DNA of 64,000 nt, taken from positions 2,528,001 to 2,592,000 of the forward strand of contig OZ244207.1 in the NCBI GenBank assembly GCA_965216875.1, read 5' to 3'. A model generated the notes under the pieces. That model had not been told where the DNA came from and ran no database searches. It saw only the letters and a program-made list of their open reading frames with translations. The stretch is from Rubripirellula sp. GTDB taxonomy: Bacteria > Planctomycetota > Planctomycetia > Pirellulales > Pirellulaceae. This document shows positions 48,241 through 57,009 of the stretch, in pieces. Position numbers and translations under genes: made by a program. Positions within the stretch are counted from its first letter, which is position 1. The number at the start of each line of letters is the position of its first letter.

Positions 48241-49287
48241 ATGAGCGACGCGCCATTGCGATTTGGTTTGGTTGGTTTCGGTGCTTGGGGCGGCCATCAC
48301 GCCAACGCGATCACGGTCACGGAAGGAGCCGAGTTGGTTGCGATCTCGGCCCAGAGCGAATCGTCACGAACCCGCGCGCAGGAAACCTATCCCGACGCGG
48401 ACGTCTATGCCGACTTTCGTGAATTGGTCGCACGCGAGGACTTGGATTTTGTGGATGTGGTGGTGCCAAGTCATCTGCATCACGAAGTTGCGATGGCGGT
48501 CTTGGCCAGCGGCAAAAACCTGATGCTCGAAAAACCGATGGGCGTCACTCTTGGGGAGTGTGACGACATGATCCGGTTGGCACGAGAAAAGAACGCCTTG
48601 TTCGCGGTGGGCCACGAGCTTCGACTTTCGTCGATGTGGGGCAAGGCCAAAGCAATGATTGACGAAGGCTTTATCGGCACACCCCTTTATGCTCTCGTCG
48701 AGCTTTCGCGGAATCCCTATCGGCAGGGCGCTGACGGGTGGCGTTACGACATCGACCGTGTCGGCAGCTGGATCTTGGAAGAACCGATTCACTTCTTCGA
48801 TTTGGCACGCTGGTATTTGTCAGCCTCAGGCGATCCGACCTCGATTTACGCGACCGCGAACTCACGGCAGCCAGATCACCCGGAATTGCACGATAACTTC
48901 AGCGCGATCATGCATTTCGAAAAAGGAGCTTACGCCGTCGTTTCGCAAACGCTGGCCGCCTTCGAACACCACCAAACGATCAAGGTGACTGGAACGACCG
49001 GTGCTCTTTGGGCATCGTGGAGCGGTGCGATGGACCGCACGCGACATCCCACCTTTTCACTGCGCGCCTTTGACGGCGACCAAGTCACCACTGTCCCGAT
49101 CGACAAGCCCACCGGCGAATTGTTCGAGCTGGAGGACCAGATCGCTCAGCTGGTTGCCGCGGTGCGTCGCGGCGAACCCCTTCACTGCAGCGGCGAAGAC
49201 GGTCGCTGGTCGGTTGCCATGTGCCTGGCAGCCGAAGATTCAGTCAGGTCGGGTGCAACGGTCGCGATGAGCGAGTATCTTGCTTAG
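48241..49287 (+). CDS. Gfo/Idh/MocA family oxidoreductase
   Basis: GLVGFGAWG, LEKP, VGHELR, ILEEPIHFFD. Confidence 0.92.
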   Translation: MSDAPLRFGLVGFGAWGGHHANAITVTEGAELVAISAQSESSRTRAQETYPDADVYADFRELVAREDLDFVDVVVPSHLHHEVAMAVLASGKNLMLEKPMGVTLGECDDMIRLAREKNALFAVGHELRLSSMWGKAKAMIDEGFIGTPLYALVELSRNPYRQGADGWRYDIDRVGSWILEEPIHFFDLARWYLSASGDPTSIYATANSRQPDHPELHDNFSAIMHFEKGAYAVVSQTLAAFEHHQTIKVTGTTGALWASWSGAMDRTRHPTFSLRAFDGDQVTTVPIDKPTGELFELEDQIAQLVAAVRRGEPLHCSGEDGRWSVAMCLAAEDSVRSGATVAMSEYLA

Positions 49288-49464
49288 GACCTTTCGCATC
49301 CCCAAAATCGTTTCGTCCAAGAATTTCGTAGGGGACGAAGCCACGGGTCCATCAGCACCATCATCCCGAGACTCCCGGCTCCTTCAAACCAACACGGATC
49401 TTGCCTGGCAAGAACTCGTAGCCTAGCCCACGACATCCTTTCCCTCCCTCGTTGCGACGCCCCC

Positions 49465-50385
49465 ATGAGACCGTTCCTCGCCCTCCTGATCCTGTTCGGT
49501 GTTTCCGCAAACCTCGTTGCAGAGCCGATCGCCAAAAAGAAACTCATCCTCGTCGCTGGCAAACCGTCTCACCCGCCGCGAATGCATGAATTCAACGCGG
49601 GCGTCCAATTACTTACCAAGTGCCTCGCCGAAAACGAGGCGGTCGAGACCACCTTCGTTTTGAATGGTTGGCCAAAGGACGAAGCGATTTTCAATGATGC
49701 CGATGCGGTCGTCTTTTTCATGGACGGAGGCAAGCGACATGAAGTGGTCCAAGAGGACGGTCGACGTCTCAAACTGCTCGACCAATGGGCGAAAAAGGGC
49801 GTTGGCTTGGGTTTCATGCACTATGGCGTCGAAGTGTTGGCCGATCAAGCTGGCTCTGAAATGAAACGCTGGATCGGCGGTCACTACGAGCACATGCACT
49901 CCTGCAATCCGATTTGGGAACCGAACTTCGCGGTGCTGCCAGACCATGAAATCACTCGGGGCGTCAAACCCTTCCAAATCAAAGACGAGTGGTACTTCAA
50001 CATGCGGTTTATTGGCGACTCGGCGGGCAACCAAGTGGACAACTTTGACAACGACATGAAGTTCGTTCCGATCCTGTTGGCAGTTCCTTCCCAGAAAGTT
50101 CGCAACGGCCCGTACGTGTACCCGAAAGGTCCCTACGCACACATTCAGGCATCCAAAGGTCGCGCCGAGGCGGTGATGTGGACGGTCGAACGTGCCGATG
50201 GCGGTCGCGGACTCGGTTTCACTGGCGGACATTTCCACGACAACTGGGGCAACGATGACTATCGCAAAGTGGTCCTCAACGGTCTGGTCTGGTTGACCGG
50301 CGCCAACGTTCCCGATGGCGGCGTCGCATCGAACGTCGATCAAGCGGATCTCGACGCCAACCTCGACAAAAAGAACCGTCGCTAG
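49465..50385 (+). CDS. Secreted ThuA-like (class I glutamine amidotransferase-fold) protein
   Basis: Signal peptide; AGKPSH...HE, MHY, DEWYF, GGRG.GFTGGH.H.NW. Confidence 0.85.
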   Translation: MRPFLALLILFGVSANLVAEPIAKKKLILVAGKPSHPPRMHEFNAGVQLLTKCLAENEAVETTFVLNGWPKDEAIFNDADAVVFFMDGGKRHEVVQEDGRRLKLLDQWAKKGVGLGFMHYGVEVLADQAGSEMKRWIGGHYEHMHSCNPIWEPNFAVLPDHEITRGVKPFQIKDEWYFNMRFIGDSAGNQVDNFDNDMKFVPILLAVPSQKVRNGPYVYPKGPYAHIQASKGRAEAVMWTVERADGGRGLGFTGGHFHDNWGNDDYRKVVLNGLVWLTGANVPDGGVASNVDQADLDANLDKKNRR

Positions 50386-50398
50386 GGCGTTGCGTCAC

Positions 50399-50537
50399 CG
50401 TAGGCCGGGTCAAAGAGCGATGCCGATCCGGCACTTCCATTCTTGGTGCATTTTTTGTCGCCTTTCGCTCCGCGAAAGCAGCGCCCGAAAACGCGCCGTC
50501 TGCAGCAAGATTCCGGCTAAAGCTCGGTACTACGAAC
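50399..50537. repeat. REP mosaic (three families, partly degenerate)
   Basis: CGTAGGCCGGGTC..GATCCGGCA (50399), GTCGCCTTTCGCTCCGCGAAAG (50457), AAGATTCCGGCTAAAGCTCGGTACTACGAAC (50507). Confidence 0.8.
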
Positions 50538-50547
50538 GCCAATTCCG

Positions 50548-50913
50548 CTACGGCTTGCGGAGGATCTTTTCCATCTTGCGTCCTTTGGCAAGCTCGTCAA
50601 CGAGTTTATCGAGGCAGCGGACTTTCTTCGTCAGCGGCGTTGTGATTTCTTCGATCCGATAGCCGCAAATGGAACCTGTGATCAAACTTGCGTTCGGGTT
50701 GAGCGTGGCCTCGGCAAAGAACGCCTCGAAGGTCACCTCCGCATCACGCAAACGCTGTAGATCGTCTGGCCGAAACCCAGTCAACCACTCAATGACTTCG
50801 TGCAGTTCCTCAATGCTCCGCCCTTTCTTTTCCATCTTGGTAACGTAGTGAGGGTAAACTGAAGCAAAGGTCATCTCCGCGATCCGTTGGTCATGTTCTT
50901 TCGTTGTCGTCAT
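50548..50913 (-). CDS. DUF2200 family protein
   Basis: [45 protein letters not shown]. Confidence 0.93.
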   Translation of the reverse strand: MTTTKEHDQRIAEMTFASVYPHYVTKMEKKGRSIEELHEVIEWLTGFRPDDLQRLRDAEVTFEAFFAEATLNPNASLITGSICGYRIEEITTPLTKKVRCLDKLVDELAKGRKMEKILRKP

Positions 50914-50961
50914 GAATCTTCCAAATGCAAGCGGAGTTTGGCCACTGTCTTGCCGTTACCT

Positions 50962-52998
50962 CTAAGGCGTCACCAACAGCACAGGCTTTCCGGGAACGCG
51001 GGCGTTGCCAAACAAGGCGATCGGCCTGAGGCGGATCGGGCCATCGCCATATTTCTTGCGATCCACCTTCAGCGTTCCGCGATTGCCCTCGAGCGTGCCC
51101 ACGATTTCATCATGATGTGCAAGGAGAATCTTGTCTGCATCAGCCATGACCGAAAGCGAAACTTCTGATTCACCCGAAGCGACCGTTGCAATGGGAATTC
51201 GCTCGGTCTCGCCGATGGTGACCAGCTGAGCGAACGAAACGCGAGGCTCAGTCGAATCGAATCCAACCAACGAAGTACGAATCGCAAGCTCGCCGCTGAA
51301 GGCCAACTGTTCGCCCTCTTTTTGGCGGAAGTTGATCTCCACGCGTTTCGTCGCTGCGGAACGATGCACAAGTTTGCCTTCGATAAAGGTTTCAACAAAC
51401 CTTAGGTCCGATGTTTCTCGTTCTGGCTTTTGCCCCTCTATCAGATCCGTTCGAAACTTACCCGCCTCGACGTCCAATTCCGTTCGTGCGCGAAGGCTTG
51501 GCGCACGCGCAAAGGGTTGGGCAAGTGGGTCACCGACCATCAGCAATTGGTATGGCGACGTGATGGAGAGGTAATACGCCTCGATCGCTGTCGCACCCGA
51601 TGCGTAAAAGCCGTACATGATCGGCATCGGAAACTTTGGCTGCAGCGAATAGGGCTCTTCAACCGGTCCCGAAGCCATCGCCGCCCCCGCGTGCAAGAGG
51701 TCCGTTAACTTGGCTTGACTGCTGGTTCCAAAATGGCCGTTAAGGCTGGTCAAGTTGTCGGCGATCGCTCCAGGAACAAACGACCAATCCCTCGGCTCGA
51801 GCCTTGGATTGGCGCTACCGAGCATGAGCCCAACGCAACGACCGGTCCGATTGGGGACATCGGCGTGGATCAGTTCAGCCTTTTGTTCGAGATCGGCGAG
51901 CCAGAGCAGCGCATCACCCACCAACGGGAACCTTGTCGTTGTTCGAACGTCATTGGTGCGAGTGAACCAAAAGTGCGCGTCGGGAAACGTGCGATCGCCT
52001 CGTTTGGCACGGGCCAACACGTCCACCGCTTGATCCACGGTGCTTCCCCGCTCATGAACGACAGCGAGCATGCATGAGAGCATGTAGGGGACGCCTTCGC
52101 CGATTCCCTCGATTGCGTACCCATTGCCAGTCCAACCACGTGTGGCCGAAAACCCAACGGGCAGCTGCGCGATCATTGGCGCATCGGTAAGCCCGCGTAG
52201 AAGCACGCCGTACTCGGGGTTCGACTTCAGTTCCGAAAGCGACTCGGTTTCGGCCAAGTAGGTCGCTGATGACCAACCAGCTCGAACCCCCGCCTTGATC
52301 CACTCCATGGCTCGATCAGCATCCGCCCGTTTCATTTCGGCTTCCGCAGCCTTGATCGCCAGCGGTGCGAGCGGGTATTTCTTGAACAGTGTTTCAAACC
52401 CGTTGAGAGCGTCGGAAGGCTCGTCCTTTGCCAGCGCGTCGAGCGCGTCTTGATAGAGCGTGCGATTGTCACCCTGAAACGGATTGCTGAAATCGCGTTC
52501 GAATTTCCCTCTCGCATAGAGGTTCGAAATCCAATCAAGGTACTGGGCATTGTCGGCCAGAACGAAGCGATACAGGTAAGTTAGCCCGTTGATTGATGCG
52601 ACGGGCCTTTGATACTTGATCTGATTTGGGTCCGTCAGCTGTTTGGTGTGCTCAGAAACATCGACCGAGGTCGGGAAGTCGGCCGAATACGCGATCACTC
52701 GCGCATGACGCCCCAGTCCCCGCGAATTGATCGCTGCAAAAACGGGCTTCAGGATCTTCTCTTTGAAATCACTCAGCCCAATGCGGAGCTCACCTGTCGC
52801 AATGTCATCCAGCACCACCACGTTGGTCGAGGGGATTTGCCGGATTTCGACATAGTGGTTGGCAACCGTTCGGGAGATGTGTGAATCGCCATTGACGACA
52901 ACAATCACGTTTTCGCCACTGAGTCCAGCACATGCCGCGGTCGGCACCATGCTCGCGACCAGGCAAGCGGCAATCCATCGGCAAAGGGCTGTGATCAT
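50962..52998 (-). CDS. Secreted TIGR03790-like protein with TPR-like insertion
   Basis: Signal peptide; V.VVVN..S..S..VA.HY...R.IP..N; FVPGAIADNLTS; GP.EEPY...KFP; VGDPL..PFA. Confidence 0.72.
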   Translation of the reverse strand: MITALCRWIAACLVASMVPTAACAGLSGENVIVVVNGDSHISRTVANHYVEIRQIPSTNVVVLDDIATGELRIGLSDFKEKILKPVFAAINSRGLGRHARVIAYSADFPTSVDVSEHTKQLTDPNQIKYQRPVASINGLTYLYRFVLADNAQYLDWISNLYARGKFERDFSNPFQGDNRTLYQDALDALAKDEPSDALNGFETLFKKYPLAPLAIKAAEAEMKRADADRAMEWIKAGVRAGWSSATYLAETESLSELKSNPEYGVLLRGLTDAPMIAQLPVGFSATRGWTGNGYAIEGIGEGVPYMLSCMLAVVHERGSTVDQAVDVLARAKRGDRTFPDAHFWFTRTNDVRTTTRFPLVGDALLWLADLEQKAELIHADVPNRTGRCVGLMLGSANPRLEPRDWSFVPGAIADNLTSLNGHFGTSSQAKLTDLLHAGAAMASGPVEEPYSLQPKFPMPIMYGFYASGATAIEAYYLSITSPYQLLMVGDPLAQPFARAPSLRARTELDVEAGKFRTDLIEGQKPERETSDLRFVETFIEGKLVHRSAATKRVEINFRQKEGEQLAFSGELAIRTSLVGFDSTEPRVSFAQLVTIGETERIPIATVASGESEVSLSVMADADKILLAHHDEIVGTLEGNRGTLKVDRKKYGDGPIRLRPIALFGNARVPGKPVLLVTP

Positions 52999-53128
52999 CT
53001 CGATATCGCGGTCGCCACGGGGGTTCGTTTGACAGGAATCGACGGCGTCTACGCACTCGCTGTCGAATCCGCTAGGGTGCTGTCAGATCGATGCAACTAC
53101 CAATCCTCTGGCCAATTCTAGTCATTCT

Positions 53129-53794
53129 TTGCCTGACCCACCGCCCAAGCCGCTGATCAACCCGACGTTCTTGTTTCGGTTCGAAGTCCCATTGCGTCGC
53201 AACGCGTGCAAATGGACGGCCAAGGGGTTGAAGCTTCCCGAGGAGTGTCAGGTGCGATCGTTCGCCGTGCTGAGCGGCGGGCGACCCTTTGCAGACCTGC
53301 GGATGGCCTGGAATCCGGACGGAATCGGCCTGCAACTGTCAGTAAAAAACAAACGCAAATCGCTTTGGTGCCGCGACACGCGGCCAGAGGCAAGCGATGG
53401 GCTGAAGCTGTTCATCGACACGCGATGCAGCCCCAACATTCACCGAGCCACCCAGTTTTGTCATCAGTTCATGTGGATGCCAACGGGCGCAGGTTCGCGT
53501 CGGGACCAGCCATTTGCCGACTTGATTCCGATCGAACGAGCTGGCGGACACCCCAAACCGATTGGCGGAAACGTCCTCAAAATTGCGGCCACACCAAGGC
53601 ATGACGGGTACGAGATGTCGGGCTTCATCCCCGCCGCGGCATTGACTGGCTTTGATCCGACCGACCAACCACGAATCGGACTGTTTTACGTCGTTGCCGA
53701 CCAGGAGTTTGGTTGGCAGATGATGGCCCTCGATGGCGATTACCCATTTGCGGTCGACCCCAGCATGTGGGGTGAAGCTGTCTTGGAGCCGTGA
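53129..53794 (+). CDS. DOMON/CBM9-like beta-sandwich protein
   Basis: AW..DG..L...V, DG..LFID, GY....FIP..AL.GF pattern; TTG start, no signal peptide. Confidence 0.62.
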   Translation: MPDPPPKPLINPTFLFRFEVPLRRNACKWTAKGLKLPEECQVRSFAVLSGGRPFADLRMAWNPDGIGLQLSVKNKRKSLWCRDTRPEASDGLKLFIDTRCSPNIHRATQFCHQFMWMPTGAGSRRDQPFADLIPIERAGGHPKPIGGNVLKIAATPRHDGYEMSGFIPAAALTGFDPTDQPRIGLFYVVADQEFGWQMMALDGDYPFAVDPSMWGEAVLEP

Positions 53795-53982
53795 GCAACG
53801 CGACAAAAGCGGGGCGGTTTTCTTGCCCAAATTCGCTCATTTGGCCCGGGCAGGCCGTTACGGAATGGGGTTCGATTTATAGAATTTCGGTAAGTTGTCA
53901 TCGCTGGATGATCGATACAACCCCTACAGCCCCACCACGACCCCTGCTTTGCGGTGCAACTTGAGGCACCGGCGATTCTCAT

Positions 53983-55869
53983 ATGACGGCCCAAACCACT
54001 TCGAAAAACGTCCAGTCGGTCTCAGGAATTACGGTTCGACTCGCGGGCGACTCTGGGGACGGCATGCAATTGCTCGGCACCCAGCTGACCAACACCAGCG
54101 CGCTTGCCGGCAACGACGTCGCCACGTTTCCTGACTTTCCAGCCGAAATTCGAGCTCCGCGCGGCACCCGTGCCGGCGTCTCGGGCTTTCAGGTCCAATT
54201 CGCCAGCGAAGAAATCTTCACGCCGGGCGATATCCTCGATGCGCTGGTGGTGATGAACCCTGCCGCGATGGTCACCAACCTTGGTGATTTGCGCAAGGGA
54301 GGCATTTTGATCGCCAACGAGGACGGCTTTAACGACAAAGAATTCAAGCTGGCCAAGGTCGAGAGCAACCCGCTTGAAGACGAAGTCCTCGAGTCGACCT
54401 ACCGCGTGGTCAAAGTCCCGATGACTCGATTGACCCGCGATGCGGTGGCCGAGTTCGGATTGGGCTCGAAGATCGCCGATCGCTGCAAGAACTTCTTTGC
54501 CATGGGAATGGTCTATTGGCTGTTCGGCCGTTCCCTCGACCCAACCCTTCGCTTCATCAACCAGAAGTTCGGCAAGAAACCCGAGGTCGCTGCGGCAAAC
54601 GAAGCAGCCCTCCGCGCCGGATGGGCCTACGGTGAAACGACCGAAGAGTTTGGCGAGAGCTACCAGGTGACCGCGGCCCAACTCGAGCCTGGCACCTACC
54701 GCAACATCATGGGCAACCAGGCACTTGCCTGGGGACTGATCGCAGCATCCAAACTGAGCGACAAGGATCTCTTTTACGGGACCTACCCGATCACGCCTGC
54801 CAGCGACATCCTGCACGAACTGACCAAGTACAAGAACTTTGGCGTTCGCACCTTCCAAGCCGAAGACGAAATCGCGGCGGTCTGTGCGACGATCGGTGCA
54901 GCGTTCGGCGGAACGATGGGCGTCACGGCCAGCAGCGGACCTGGCATCGCGCTCAAAGGCGAGGGCATGGGTCTGGCGATGATGCTCGAGCTTCCGATGA
55001 TCGTCATCAATGTCCAACGTGGTGGTCCCAGTACCGGCTTACCGACCAAGACCGAACAGAGCGATTTGCTTCAAGGCATGTTTGGCCGCAACGGTGAAGC
55101 GCCGATGCCGGTGCTTGCACCTCGTTCGCCTGGCGATTGCTTTGACATGGCCATCGAAGCTTGGCGAATCGCAACCGAGTGCATGGTTCCGGTCATGCTG
55201 CTTTCGGACGGCTACATCGCAAACGGAAGCGAGCCATGGCGAATCCCGCAAATGGACGAACTGAGTAAGATCGAGGTCAAGCACCCTGAAGGGACAGATC
55301 CCGACGAACCGTTCATGCCGTACGCACGCGACGAAAACCTCGCGCGACCTTGGGCGATCCCTGGCACACCTGGGCTGATGCACCGAGTCGGTGGCCTCGA
55401 AAAAGAAGACGGATCGGGTAACGTTTCCTACGACCCCGACAACCACCAGCACATGACCAACACACGTGCTGACAAGGTTGCCAAGATCGCCGACCGAATT
55501 CCCGAGCAGGACATCTTCGGCGATTCCAGCGGCGACGTCCTGGTCGTTTCTTGGGGCGGTACCTATGGTGCCTGCCACACGGCGGTTCGGCGCTGTCGCG
55601 AAGCAGGGCACAGCGTTTCGCACGCCCACATTCGCTACCTCAATCCCTTCCCCAAGAACCTAGGCGAAATGCTCCGCTCGTTCGACAAAGTCGTCGTGCC
55701 CGAGTTGAACACGGGACAATTGCGAATGCTGCTGCGATCCGAATTCCTGGTCGATTGCATCGGCTTCAACAAAGTCCAAGGCAAACCCTTCCGCGTGACC
55801 GAACTGGTCGAAGCGATTGAATCGCACGTTAAGCCAGCGACCGTCAAGCAAACCAGCAAAGCAGGCTGA
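53983..55869 (+). CDS. korA: 2-oxoacid:ferredoxin oxidoreductase subunit alpha (gamma-alpha fusion)
   Basis: AGDSGDG.Q, PAEIRAP.GT, YPITPAS, QAEDE, SGPG, QRGGPSTGLPT. Confidence 0.95.
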   Translation: MTAQTTSKNVQSVSGITVRLAGDSGDGMQLLGTQLTNTSALAGNDVATFPDFPAEIRAPRGTRAGVSGFQVQFASEEIFTPGDILDALVVMNPAAMVTNLGDLRKGGILIANEDGFNDKEFKLAKVESNPLEDEVLESTYRVVKVPMTRLTRDAVAEFGLGSKIADRCKNFFAMGMVYWLFGRSLDPTLRFINQKFGKKPEVAAANEAALRAGWAYGETTEEFGESYQVTAAQLEPGTYRNIMGNQALAWGLIAASKLSDKDLFYGTYPITPASDILHELTKYKNFGVRTFQAEDEIAAVCATIGAAFGGTMGVTASSGPGIALKGEGMGLAMMLELPMIVINVQRGGPSTGLPTKTEQSDLLQGMFGRNGEAPMPVLAPRSPGDCFDMAIEAWRIATECMVPVMLLSDGYIANGSEPWRIPQMDELSKIEVKHPEGTDPDEPFMPYARDENLARPWAIPGTPGLMHRVGGLEKEDGSGNVSYDPDNHQHMTNTRADKVAKIADRIPEQDIFGDSSGDVLVVSWGGTYGACHTAVRRCREAGHSVSHAHIRYLNPFPKNLGEMLRSFDKVVVPELNTGQLRMLLRSEFLVDCIGFNKVQGKPFRVTELVEAIESHVKPATVKQTSKAG

Positions 55870-55956
55870 GCCTGATCGCAAACCAATTCACGCCGCTCAC
55901 GACGTGAATGCAAGCCACCAACACACCTCTACTTCCCAAGACTCGCGCTCAATCCG

Positions 55957-56967
55957 ATGACTCTGCCCGTCCTGAAAGCTGCTGACTTCGCCTCTGACCA
56001 AGACGTCCGTTGGTGCCCCGGTTGCGGTGACTATTCGATCCTCGCTCAGATGAAGAAGGTGCTGCCCGATCTCGGCGTCCCACGCGAAAAGATCGTTTTC
56101 ATCAGCGGCATCGGCTGCAGCAGCCGCTTCCCGTACTACATGAACACTTACGGGATGCACAGCATTCACGGCCGTGCACCTGCGTTTGCGACCGGCCTCA
56201 AGTCGACGCGTCCCGACCTGATGGTTTGGGTGATCACCGGCGATGGCGACTCGCTGTCAATTGGCGGCAACCACTTCATCCACGCTTTGCGGCGTAACCT
56301 GGACATCAACATCGTCCTGTTCAACAACCGCATCTACGGTTTGACCAAAGGCCAATACAGCCCAACCAGCCGCGAAGGACAAGTGACCAAGAGCACGCCG
56401 ATGGGATCGATCGACCATCCGCTCAGCCCGCTGTCGGTCGCGCTCGCCGCGGAGGCCACCTTTGTTGCGCGCAGCATCGACGGCCATGTCAAACACTTGG
56501 GCGAAACACTCAAGCGAGCCGCCGATCACAAAGGCGCGTCACTCGTCGAGGTCTATCAAAACTGCAATGTCTTCAACGACGGCGCGATGGCCTACGCCCA
56601 AGATCGTAAGCAGCGTCCGGAGAACGTGGTCGAACTTGAACACGGCAAGCCGCTGATTTTCGGAACCAACAAAGACAAAGGCATCCGCTTGGTTGGCACT
56701 CGGCTTGAAGTCGTCAATACTGCGGATGTCCCCGCCGACGACCTGTTGATTCATGACGAGAAGGAGCCGAATCCTTCGATCCACATGATGATGGCTCGCA
56801 TGTCCCATCCTGAAATGCCCGAACCGATCGGCGTCCTGCGGGCGGTCGAAGGCGTCGCAACCTACGACGACCAAATCAACGCGCAAGTCGAACAGGCCAC
56901 CGAAGCCAAAGGTGAGGGAGACCTGCAAGCGTTGTTCAGTGCTGGCGACACCTGGGACGTCGCGTAG
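55957..56967 (+). CDS. korB: 2-oxoacid:ferredoxin oxidoreductase subunit beta
   Basis: WCPGCGD, SGIGCS, IHGR, TPP-binding GDGD...NN, YGLTKGQ.SPT. Confidence 0.96.
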   Translation: MTLPVLKAADFASDQDVRWCPGCGDYSILAQMKKVLPDLGVPREKIVFISGIGCSSRFPYYMNTYGMHSIHGRAPAFATGLKSTRPDLMVWVITGDGDSLSIGGNHFIHALRRNLDINIVLFNNRIYGLTKGQYSPTSREGQVTKSTPMGSIDHPLSPLSVALAAEATFVARSIDGHVKHLGETLKRAADHKGASLVEVYQNCNVFNDGAMAYAQDRKQRPENVVELEHGKPLIFGTNKDKGIRLVGTRLEVVNTADVPADDLLIHDEKEPNPSIHMMMARMSHPEMPEPIGVLRAVEGVATYDDQINAQVEQATEAKGEGDLQALFSAGDTWDVA

Positions 56968-57009
56968 CGTTGTTGCCCTGCTCGTAGCACCAAGCGTTGG
57001 CCGGAAAAA

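Noticed and set aside
53860..53885. GGTTCGA as a possible tRNA T-loop
   Set aside because: No flanking T-stem, acceptor stem or cloverleaf.
53983..56967. korAB as a sign of an unusual anaerobic or reductive TCA pathway
   Set aside because: This two-subunit enzyme is common in aerobes, and no supporting genes are in the window.
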